A stretch of DNA of 64,000 nt from Phoronis australis (Eukaryota; Animalia; Phoronida). The position numbers were made by a program, and so were the translations under genes. Positions 35,101 to 46,900 of the stretch are shown here, piece after piece. The notes below the pieces were generated by a model. The model had not been told where the DNA came from and did not search any database. It saw nothing but the letters and a program-made list of their open reading frames with translations. Position 1 is the stretch's first letter. The number at the start of each line of letters is the position of its first letter. The stretch is taken from positions 189,065 to 253,064 of the forward strand of contig NMRA01000360.1 of the NCBI GenBank assembly GCA_002633005.1, written 5' to 3'.

Positions 35101-37488
35101 TTCGTACGGTTACTAAAAACTGTCGAGTGTCGGTGGAGAAACACAGCTTTGTAAACGGAATTTTATTGTAAATCGGATATAAGAGTCTGTTGTTCGTGTC
35201 GATGTTCAATGAATCATATGTTATTGCGAAGAAATAACCGTACTACAATTAAGCAATTTATTTTCAGTTGTTTGGCGAACTTTTGAGTGCATTTGCTGAA
35301 GGAGCCGCCGAAGCCTCGGTAAGAAATTTACACAATGACTGAATTAGTTTCTCTTGTTCTTTTTGGGTCGCTTTCACTGAGGTATAAGGTTTTCCATTTG
35401 CCGCCTGATTGTCAAGGCTGGTCGAAAGTGGGACTAACGTAGTGAAAGCAAACTCGTTTTTTTTAAAAAACGAAAGTCTGATCTTGGACCTCAAACCACG
35501 TTTCTTAATTCGAGGTCTGATATTTTAGAACTTCATGCGGAGCTGAAACACCATTATAGATCATAGAAACTATACAGAACACGCCACTGATGGCCGCTGC
35601 GCTGCTTGTGTTAGTTAGTGTCCAGGAGTCAAATTAAAGTTCCACTCAACGAAGTCGTCTCGAAAAATTAAGAGTTCAGCTGCCTTTCCCGTAACAAAGC
35701 ACATGCACGTGACTGGTCAGTAAGCGCGCGTGTAATTTTCGCGGCCTTCAGCCCAGTGAGGCGTATATATGTGCAACGGCCGCCGACATCCTGACGTAGG
35801 CGTCGCTCGGCGTTGCAGGCTATTCCGACAATGGAATATTATTTTCTGTTTCTGTTACCTTTTCATTAAACTCCCGGTTTCGGTAACCTTGACATTGATG
35901 GAACGCACCCTGAATGAAAGGCCCTGGTATCTGTTGTGAACCTATAGTATGTTAAGGTCACCCGAACTAGTCACTTCCCCAACCTACGCAGATCATATGA
36001 TCCGCTGACCTACATTGGAAGGGAAGACTAACACCAGATATTGTGAGTATTGCTCTCAAGTCTGCAGGATCTCAATTCCTTAATTAACTGACTAGGAGCT
36101 TCTGGGAAAAAGGTAGTGTGTTGGCTCCACGTCTCGCAAGAGACATGATAACAACTAAAGTGGATTCAGTTGACACATGTACGACGTGCTTTTGAGTTAC
36201 ATGGTGTCAGTTCCTATACACTCCATAACGCTTGACGAAATGCATAGGGGATTTCCATGCACCCGTTTGGGGACAATTCCCCCATTCACTTTGCCTAGTG
36301 AACACTTGTAAGCCTCTAGCGATGCTAGTGTAGGTTGAGCAAAATCACCGCTCCTTGGGTTTCATTGTCGACACTTCGGGGCCCTAGAACAGTTGAGTAG
36401 ACCTAAATCAAAAGGTGTTATATCGTTTTGGCTCATCCTGGTGAAAAAGTGGCAGCGGCCAGCACATATGCAACAAACTCAAAGAAGGCAAAGGAAACTC
36501 ATAAAGTAGTATAAGTTATATACTTGTCTATGAGCTTCAAAGATATACCTATTTGAATAGATACCTCAGGCATGTGCATTTTCGCTGTGGCACCCGATTG
36601 CCATCGCCAATGGTCTTTAGTGACACAGGTTTATCCGTTTTCAGTGATGGACATGAACATCACATTTCGCTCCTGTTGTTGACAAAATCGACTTTACCCG
36701 TGTAAGCAACATGCCTCATTTCATATAAGATATGGACATCATATTTAATCTTGTTTTAATTTTGCCAGTCGTTAAATGTGAAGCTTTCTTTACACTCTCA
36801 ATGTCTTCATTATGGACTTTAGGCCTACTAGTTTGATTTGATGGCGTAGTCTTCATTTCCTAGGTAGTTATCTAGATTTTTTTTCTTTTTTTACTTGCCG
36901 AGTACGAACCACGTCACGGACACTTTATAGCGACTTAATCGACCTTTATAACTGATGTTAGTTTGCTGTTGATATTTTTAGAAAGAAATGAACAGAGGTG
37001 GTTACCCTCCAGCAGGCTACGCTGGCAACAGAGGAGCAGTTGATCCCTACGGACCACCTCAACCGTCCGCCCCTGCCATGGACCCCTACGGTCCCCCGCC
37101 TGTAGGTGCCTGTCCACCGACTGACCCATTCGGACCACGGCCAGGTTCTGATCCATACGGGCCTCCACCAAGCAACAGACCGTATCCTGCAGCGAGGGAT
37201 CCATGCGAACCAACTTCCCGCTTTGGTAACCCGTATTCTTCTCCATCAGCAACTGACCCGTTTGGACCAAGTGCCAGAGACCCATTTGGACCACCAGCCA
37301 GTGCACCAGGAGTAGACCCGTTTGGACCACCAAACAGCACATCCGGTTTGGACCCGTTTGGACCTCCGGGTTCTAGACCGTTTGGGTCAGCCCCCCGAGA
37401 CCCCTGTGGTCCCAACACGCACGTTGGACGTGACCCTTTTGGACCTCCTGGGCAAGGTGGCGCGAGGGATCCCTTTGGGCCGCGTTAA
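32189..37488 (+). CDS. Uncharacterised Pro/Gly-rich protein of 12 DP[F/Y/C] repeats (166-171 aa); main exon 36982/36988-37488, probable first coding micro-exon 32189-32197
   Basis: GC-rich 501-nt ORF 36988-37488, preceded by a pyrimidine tract and acceptor (gatattttTAG|AAAGAAATG). Repeats are conserved as protein while codons vary (GAT/GAC, CCC/CCA/CCG/CCT). Upstream caccATGTCAAAG|gtatag is phase-compatible (MSK+KEMNRGGYPP); this join is inference. Confidence 0.75.
32283..36712 (+). repeat. Direct duplication of about 1.83 kb (32283-34117 vs 34877-36711), separated by a LINE 3' end and a single n
   Basis: Line-by-line near identity with small indels; join at the n at 34874. Confidence 0.92.
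34118..34873 (-). mobile_element. 3' end of an L1/Tx1-like non-LTR retrotransposon (ORF2 C-terminus, 3' UTR, poly-A)
   Basis: Uninterrupted minus-strand ORF 34341-34873 with FKYMLLHNRVYTNSLLYKMKI..CPYC..EHMFYLC (zf-RVT-like CCHC); T16 tract at 34118-34133 is the poly-A tail; truncated by n. Confidence 0.85.
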
Positions 37489-38420
37489 GCAGTTTACTTA
37501 CACTGCACAAAAGGCATTGTGAACATTTTAGACGTATTGCTTGTACTTTTTATAAGTTAGCATGGTCCTGTAATTCCTGTCACAACCTTCGTATCTGCTG
37601 ACTAAAGGTTGTACATGATAGGAATGGGTGTTTAAAACTATCAGTTTGCTGATTTGCCATGCTCCTAAAATATCCGTTGTGTCAAAGAAGACCAGAATCG
37701 ACGGCACCTGTTGGACAAAATACATTCATTCTCAATGTGGCAGGAACATGGCGCAATGATAGCAGATGGACATTTTACTGATAGCAGAGCCAAATGTTAT
37801 TTTACTGTGGTATAGAATTTAATATGTTGATATAGTACTTCAACCTACGGCCCATATTCTCAGGTAGAGTTGCTGGAGTAAGCTTAATTGACGCCTCCAA
37901 AAATGAACAATTCTAGCGCAGTGGATCCAACTGGATCTTTGCTCAGTACTTTTTGCGATTTTATCAATGGGAAAATTCATCCGTTTTTTACTAAATCTCG
38001 ACAAAAATTTCGACAGTCTTTGCCCCATCCACGTAGTCGAAATGACGACAACTTGACTGCGCACAACAAAATGAGCAATTAGCTACCAGGCGCTAAAACG
38101 ACACATTCAACTCCGGCAACATTTCGACAAAATTTTGTTTTATTGAGACAATTAATTCTGGCAAGACCCAATTCTGTCTTGTTTTTTTTTTGAAGACTAC
38201 CTTACGTTTTGCGATGTAGTAAGCACGCCTTTTGGGTTCAAATCTCAGTGACGCCTACGTGTGTTGAAAGGTACGTGATTTAGTGAGAGCTAGTCACAGG
38301 AAATTTCAAAGGATCACAGAACGAACAATTTGTGAATGTTGAATTTGCTGTTTCTGGAAATCGGTCGAGGTTGTCTTGTAATAAAAAGAAATCGGAAAGT
38401 GCAGCTTTATATTTCAATTT

Positions 38421-38667
38421 CATGCGCGTATCCAGGGGGGATCGAGCCCCCCTCCCCCCATTTGGCGAAGTGGGCAAAAAGGTGCGCCTCGGAGAAACAA
38501 AAAGTTCAAAAAGACGAGACAAAATCCACATAAATTGGGCGCGAATGCACAATTCATAGGGCTGGACGTAGTACCCTGTTTTTTTAGACACCGTTTATTT
38601 CTTCAGTGAAAGGTTAACGTACAGAAAAGTTCGAGCCCCCCTATATTTTAGGCTGGGTGCGCGTATG
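38421..38667. mobile_element. MITE with CATGCGCGTATCCAG/CTGGGTGCGCGTATG termini; inverted relative at 59445-59685
   Basis: Imperfect TIRs; shared GGCGAAGTGGGCAAAAAGGT interior, present as the reverse complement at about 59618-59637. Confidence 0.65.
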
Positions 38668-40997
38668 AGTTTTACACGTTATGTATAGCGACGAATCACA
38701 GTCATCCACAGCCGTGTAACATCTCGGCCAACTTGGTCCGTATTTCCACAAACTAATACTCGTAAGTGACGTTTTCACTGAAATGCAGCAAATTAATGAA
38801 TACCGATGTGTAATTAATCTGTAAACTCCAAAAGTAACGAACCCTTAAATGAAAATGAAGATTGCAACAATTAATAAATCTTTAATGTGCGACAATTTAC
38901 AAAAGTTACTGGTGCAATCGACACAAAAATAAAAGAGCTAGGTGTTCGAGAATTCCTAAAATGCGTTGAATCGTTGAACCAAAGGAGTAAATGGACCTGC
39001 AAAATAAGACTAAGTAATTTATCAGTAAAATGACCTGATGCATCCATTAAGTTCGATGAACTTTTGATTCCGTAGAACTAAACGATTTCTTGCACTGCAG
39101 CCATAAAATGCAAGGAACTATTGCACCGTGAAATGCGACAAATGAAAGTAAATATTGGAAGTAAACGAATCACCAAAGAATGTAATTAATTGATTATCTG
39201 CAAAATGCGCCAACAAAAATCAATAAAGGCCACGCCTTGGTAAGGCGCAAGCAACTAAAACCATAGCATGCAGCGGATACTGTAAAACGTTGCGAACTAA
39301 TGAATACGAAAAATGTGTAGGATTTAAAGAGGCAATGAAAATCCGTAAGGGATGAATGACTGAATCTCGAGAGTGCATTCATGAATTCTTATGCTATGAA
39401 TAGGAGAACCCAACAAGGCGACGAATTTATATAATGTGAAGAATCGATGAATTCGTAAAATGTAAATTTTCGGACAAATAATCCGTATAATGCAGTAAAT
39501 TAATCACGAATTGCTGAATCGACGCGACCTATGGGTTAATCAATGCAAATTAAATGAATTGGAAAGCACTTAACGAATCCATGGAATAAATTGAATTATT
39601 GAAACCCAGTGATTCTCATAGAGCTATTCAGTGCCTCGCACCGGCTCAGTTCATGTGGGACCTTTGGAGGTTAGAGCCAGACTCTCCGCAAGATCTCAGG
39701 CGGGTCTGATGGAATTTGATTTTTTGCACCACTGCATGCGCACGGCATCGATGCGTTGTGCAGCATGGTTAAATTGTCCTGAATTAGTTCTAGACTGCAA
39801 CCCTAGGCCGCTTATCGTGGCCGCAGGCAGGACCCTTCGCCAGCGAGTTCTGCCGGGGCTCTCAGGCTGGTTGCTGGCCGCGACCTGCTGTACCTTGCAA
39901 CTGCTGTCGCCCGGGCCTGCCATTAGTGCGGGTTCAGTGCGCTGACATCATCCTGCAAACCCACGCCACCAGCCGACGGGTACTCTTGCAAAACTGGCTC
40001 CGCCGGCCTACAATGTGTTCTGATGCAGTGGTGCATAGAGAACAGCAAAAAATGCGCTTACAATGTATTTCATCCCGTCGAATGCTAGATTCACCACTAC
40101 TTTTTGTGAACTGGTTCCAGCTTCGACTTGGAAGTAGTTAGAAACCTGGCTGCGGTCGGGGCGCAAGTTGTAACCTCCGGGAGCCTCAGTCACTGAGAGT
40201 GGCCACACATTAAACTTGGATTTAGCCTGGTGTGTCTTACCATGATGTACACTTCTTTTGTATTGAACAAATAGTCACGTTTTAATCCATGATAGATTTT
40301 CTTTAGTGAAAACTCTCTCTGAAATCTTGAGGTAGGTCACACGGTAGGCTAACTTAGTAGGCCTAACCTCAGTCTGTTTATCTTCTGATCAATCCGTTGC
40401 CGAGAATTTCCCAAAATGGGCCCACCCAAAAGTACACTCATGGGCGTATTAACGGAATTTTTTCAAAAGTACGCTCGTGTACGTGTTTTTGGTAACTCCG
40501 AATTTTTGAAACTGACCGATGGCGGGATTCCGATTAAATGCCGGACCGCTTCTTGCCCTCAGTTCTAAAATTCCGGCGCCCGTGTCATATGTTTTGATGT
40601 AACATTTTATTTATTTGGCAAGACATTAAATTTTGGGATCGCGATTTCCCTTCAATGACTATCATGTTTGGACGAGACATTGGATGACTGGGTTGGCAAC
40701 TAATCATTTGCTCAGTAATTAATTGAAGGATAGTTACTAGAAACAGTTACTGAGTTCCACTGCCCCGGCCTGAACTTATTTTCGGAAATTCCCGGTAGGT
40801 AGTGTGCTTACTATCAAGCATAGTCTAGCTTGAGTTCTATGATCTCAACATCGTGCGAGCAAACTCGGAATTATTCTAAGCACGGAGTGTGGTGCACTCC
40901 TTCGATTCAAAGTTCCGCACGCCGTGCGTGACCAAGATTCGAGTCGTTGCTCAAATCTGGCACGACGATCGGATGTGTTGAACGCACCTGTCAGCAG

Positions 40998-43900
40998 ATG
41001 GCGTTAAATACTGCAATGGCTGCCGAAAGCGAATACACGAATTTGAAAATTTGTGTGGATAATGTTGAAGATGACAACGTGGCCATGGAAGAAGACGACA
41101 GTTTGGAAGACGGAGAAATCCTAGACGACATTGTGGATGAAGATGTGGAATTTAAAGTATCGTTAGGGAGACCTAAACAGGTGTTGTCTTATTCAATCAC
41201 TCACGGCTTAATCACAATCAAGGTCCATATTCGAGAGTTGACTGTGTTACGGTCTAATGTAAATTTTTTTGGTCACTTACCAAATGCCAACTGAATCTCA
41301 TATGCAAAGAGTTATTTAGTTGTGCAAAATAATCATCAAAATCAGACAATGTTGGAGAAAGTTATGCTTGTTTTTGTCTATGAATTTCATGCATTTTTAG
41401 CGTTATGAGTGGCCATTTTAAAAATTACAAGTTTCACCTACTTACCTCTAATTTTACCACTACAGCACTGGACATAATTCGCGTATAAAGTTCTCTACTG
41501 GCCAGCTAGAGATGTGGTCACTGTCTATGCCACTGGTGCTGTTGACCACAAGATGCCGTTGCCAATATTTATTAAATTCACTGTGTGACCGGGAGTCAAA
41601 ATCGCAAGCATTGAAATGATTTTTTTTCCAAATTATCTGGTTGAAACAATTTTTGAATGTAAAACTGTCTATTGTCATCAAAATGCTGTATATGGCATTA
41701 CGTTTAGTACTTTTTTTCTATAAAATTGAGTAGTTTCTTCTCATCAACAAGAAAGACAGGTGCCGAAAACCTTTGTTAGAAAAGTCTTGGTTCCCACAAT
41801 CCACCAATGTACATACCAAAATCCAGTGTCAGTCTACATAACAAAGTTTTTGGTGTGTAGACTTGTACTGGATTTTGGAAAAGAGAGCACACTTTGTTTC
41901 AAAAGCATGTGTTCTCTCACAATAAATAAGTTGAGTTGTAATTGAAATTGATAATATCATATGCACAATTTTCGTATCTATTATTTCTAGGAAACTCGCA
42001 AATATGACAATCCTGCTGGAGATTTCGTAACTGGACTGGATTTGACTTCTGAGGTACAGAGGTTTACTTGTGTGTTCTAGTTTATAATCTTTAGTATGTA
42101 AAAGGATGGTGTAGCGCAGTGTATTGCATTGCAGATTTTCAATTGTCGTGAGACTGGTTTTAAATTCTGATTTAGCTGGAAGACTTTGTTGCCTCTTGGC
42201 ACTCTGTGCTTGGTTTCAACTCGAGTGCTTGTAAGTGTGTGAATCTGAAGTGAATGTGTTGAGGAGTGAGCACTCTTATGAGGAACTAGACTGGCCCTAG
42301 TAATGACAGTGGCCATTCTATAGGTTCTCCATACCCTGGAAGCTTTTGGCCAAATTATGCCTCACACTGATTAAATCATCAAAGTCGTGTTTCTATGAAT
42401 ACCTGTTGCACATAGAGGGACACATTAGGAGTCCATCGATGCCTTTAAATCTTCCAGCTCAAACAAATACTCCCACAATCAAACATTTTTCCGAACAGTC
42501 CTTCTTTACGTCTAATGGGGAACCTGCAATTGCTGAGCACTGACAATGCTGGCCTTGTTTGTTATACTACTAGTAAACAAATCAAAATTTATATTTTTAT
42601 CTTCATGAATTATTAAAATTAAGTTACAGTAAAATCTCCCTGTTTTTGGACTCAAATAATGGCCACAAGAATTCCAGTTATAAATCCTACAGAAAGTGGA
42701 CTTTACACATTCTCAAAATATTGGGGAAAATTAATTATTTAAGGATTATTATTTGTCTTGTTATACAATATGATATATATTACATGCCGATTTAAGTGAA
42801 ATGTTTGGTTTAAGTTGGATCATAAATAATCCAGCCAGTTCTTAGTGTTTCTTTGTATAGTAAAAGTACTACGTTGTCACACACCTTGGTAGAGAATGGA
42901 TCCCTTGAATTTCAAGACCAAAGCATAAAATAGTAGCATGAATAAAATCCCAGTTGACGGTGTCTAAATTAAAACTTTGGTGATGGAGAACAATGAGCAT
43001 TTGATATCTTCTACCAGTCCATGACTCGAGTTTTCATACGATTCATACAAAAACAACATAAGGGATAATACTGGTCAGTATACTGATAGGTGCATGCCTG
43101 CTGACATCAACAATACTGGCTGGTATACTGATAGGTGCATGCCTGCTGACATCAACCAGTCTGTTTCTCCACCCAATCCTCTTGAATTCTTCACACAATA
43201 ATTATGAGTGTACAGCTTACCTCCACTATTCTCCTTTTCTGACATGCTAATTTTCACTTCTCATTCGAACAATTTGGAATCGTGTTTACGGCGTTCGCTG
43301 TGTTTTTTCTGTCTATGGCCATTGATGTGAACTCCTACCTGTATCTGACCTGGTTGCAGTGTCCTCGTGTGAGCGAAGTCACAACACTGGTACTCAAAAG
43401 TCCTTGCTAATAAAGGCCAATTGTAAATGTGTGCACATACAAATTTCATTTTAAGTTGCTTGATTGTCAGCTATTGCGATTTTATTGAGTAAGGATTAAC
43501 TGAAGTCCAAATATGTGCCAGATAGTTCTGTTTCTGTTTCTAGGAGCTGAAAAAGAAGCGAGATGAAAGAGCAAAACGGTTTGGAATAAGTAAAGTGGCA
43601 GTTTGTAAAGATCTTGATTTGAAGTCTTTGTATGAGAGGTATTGTGGGTGAAAACAATAGACTATTTCTTTATCAAAAACGATGGTTGCAATTAAGTGGT
43701 ATCATTTATCTTTGTTGAGTGTTCGCAGCAAACGTGNATTTGATATGAAATTTCCGCGGCAAATTCCTTTCTTACCGCGGCGTTGCAGACGACGTTCACC
43801 TCGGAAAGCAGAAGTCTTTATGTTTCGGAGGAACGTAAATTGTCAACATTGCCGGGGCATCTGGGTAAAGCGTGGTCTGATTTTCAATGACGGCTCGTGT

Positions 43901-46900
43901 TATTGTTAAGCGCGGCGACAAATACTACCGCTCTGCAGCCAAATTTGTGTGGGTTGGGAATGGACGGGCGAGCGAAAAGGACACAGACGCATGCTACTGA
44001 TGGTGGTAACGTTTTTTTTTTTTTTTTTTAGTCCTCCCGATTTTTGTCGCGGAAAGGTTCACATTCACAATTTCAAAGTTCAAAGGCTGGTTATCGGGCA
44101 TGATTTGGGCCGTAAAAGTTTCCGCGTTTTTTGTCATTGGTAATTCCAAGCCCTGCTATTTACAAGGCTAAATCATGGAATACGAGTGCAACTATGCTGT
44201 CCTTCGTATTTTCAAGCTCATATTTTCGCCTCTATTGAGTGCCGTATAATATGCCGAGTCAGCATTTTCTATTAACACCTCATGAGATGTGAGTCCTATC
44301 AGGTTATCTCTTCCTGGTCCTATGAAGTTCATCAGTTGCTTCAACGGCAAGATTAGTTGCTGCCGAATTCTGGTGTGACAGTTATGATTTGAAGTCAGTT
44401 AGCATTGCGTGTGACTTAAACGACACAATGCAAAATGTATTCTATAACTTGGTAGATTTAGCTATAAAAATAACGATAAGAATCATTAATCTTCTTATAC
44501 TCCATGTGTTTTTTTAACTCCTTGCTATTTCCTTCAGTGCTCACTTCTCGTTACTATTGTATGTTTCCTCACATTTCAGCCTGGGCTTAACTGAACAAAG
44601 TATTGAATCTGGCGAGCGTGGGATTCGACCAGATACCATACACCTTCGTGGTGTGGATGAAATGAATACAAAAGACATATTCAGCTATTTCCAGGAATAC
44701 CCCCCTGGCTCTATAGAATGGATAGATGACCATTCGTGTAAGTATTAAGCATATTAAGAAAGATTGACGAATGACTCATTATATGATCAGTAGAAATTCA
44801 CCAGAGGCTACTCGGTCATTGAGTCGTGCTTTGTGTTTTGTCAAGGAAAATCAATTGTTTGACCCTCTGGGTAATTGGAATAAAGTTTCTGTGGTCGAAA
44901 TGAACACAAACTGCCATATTTCCAAAAAAATCCCTAAATTCTTTGCAGTGTCACATGACGGCTTGTGGAAATATGAGGAAAAGTTAAGATGTTAGAATAG
45001 ATTACCGTACTTGTCTGGGTTAACGCACCTATGTTTACCTTAAAGTCCAAGAAGCACACGTTGTTAGCCCTTGTTACATGGTTAGAGGATGTTATAAGGA
45101 TCCAAGAAGTACCTACCCCATAACAATACACAATCTGTAATCAGATAAAGTTGAAATAAATGCGCCACTCATGATTCGTATCCGAAGAACACACCGCCAT
45201 TTTGAACTTACCGCAAACTAGGAAGTACAATTCATTCAGGAACCCAGGCTTAGTATATGCCATCTGTGCGTTGTCTGTTACCAACCTGCAAACGCGGATA
45301 AAATAATCGACAGCGTGCCTTAACATAATTGTATCGAAATTGCTGACAAAAAATTTTGACAGAAATTATTTTGCCGCGCTCGGGCCCACAGTCGATCGGA
45401 CCCGGTGCGGACCGAGACAAGACACTTTGGCAAACTGTAAAGGCATGCGGTTTCAAGCTGTTTTGTCGAAGTAAAAGGTTCAAATTATAAATGCCGTGTA
45501 CATACAAAGGTAGTTTCAGACACTGGCATAAAATTACGGTCTGGTTAGTCCTGTGTCACACTGCCGTTGCAGCTCTTAGGTTAGCTAGCCTGCCAGCTAC
45601 CATCAGTATGAAGACTATCGTCAAAATACAAACTGGTTAGTCCTGTGTCACACTGCCGTGGCAGCCCTTAGGTTAGCTAGCCTGCCAGCTACCTTCAGTA
45701 TGAAGACTATCGTCAAAGTACAAACTAGGCTATGGATACCTGGTCCCTGGCCGCAGTGCTCGCTCAAACCAGGTTTATTTAGAACTTATTTTGGGGTCTT
45801 CTGGCGAACTGTGCAAAGTTGTTGGCTTTCAAGAGATATTTGAATAGATTTTGCATGAGCGCACCAAGCCTGAAAAAATGGGGGGCTGGAATTTTTGAGA
45901 ATGTGTACCTTTTACTTTAAGATTTACTGGGTATGTTCAGAGCTAATTGCAGAAGCCAAATTTTGATACTTCCTGCCTTCTAGCGGACTTTTGTCTCGTT
46001 TTCTACTTTTTTCGAGTTCTTGCTTCTCTGACTGAGGCAAACCTTTTTCCATTTCTCCAAATAGGGGGCTCGTTCAAGCTCAAAAGTATGAGAAGTCCAG
46101 TACAAAATGTTATCATCTTTCTATTTATTAAACAGTGAGTACAAAGGAAGTGACCTTACAACTGAACCACATCGATAATTGTAATTTGAGTGGAGGTGGC
46201 AGTCTCAATGACAGAATTGCAAGAAATGCGTGAAATGAAAACCTTCCAATGAATTTGGTTTTCAACTGTATGATGTTTTTTTTAATTCATGTATTAATAG
46301 TAAACCCAAGGCATCAAGAAATGTTGCCTGAAGATAATAGTTCCTTTTTCTAGCAAGGTTTGTCAAAATGTATCAACGTTAAATCATCACAAATTACAAA
46401 GTATCCGGTTGAGCATACCTTTCAGTTCAGCAAAAGTCGCCATGTTGTCAGTGCTGCTGGAAATGAGACGAAGTCCAACGGGAATTGTAAGCACATTCAC
46501 CACTTAATAAGTAACAACTGCGTGGCTGAAATTTGGTGAAAACTGTTGAATTGTGCAGAATAGTAAGTAAAGATATGTCTCACTAAATTTCACCATAAAT
46601 TGTTGGCGAAAACAACTTATACAAAGTTTTAAACTCGTAACTTATCCCGCTGGTGTCCAATATGGCCGACCTGATCCAAACAAAGTGACCCAAATTTCAC
46701 CACAAAAATTGCAATAACTTTCCACTGCTTGCCTCGATTTTGATTACTTTTTCGACTTTTACTGAGTAGGATGCATTATCATTCCGATGATAGCAAAGTA
46801 CTTTTTCAAAATGAAAAAAATTCAGAACGAAAAAAAATTTGGTTCGACCGCCCTACATAACAGGAACTAAACACCAATGCTATTTTAACATAATAAACAA

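Noticed and set aside
32233-35494. ORFs of 140, 103, 107 and 76 aa in the duplicated block
   Set aside because: Frames differ between the two copies because of small indels, and there is no recognisable domain.
36935-37418. Antisense ORFs (135 aa and 110 aa, GGPNGS repeats)
   Set aside because: They are shadows of the GC-rich + strand DPF-repeat ORF, which has the splice acceptor and the conserved motif.
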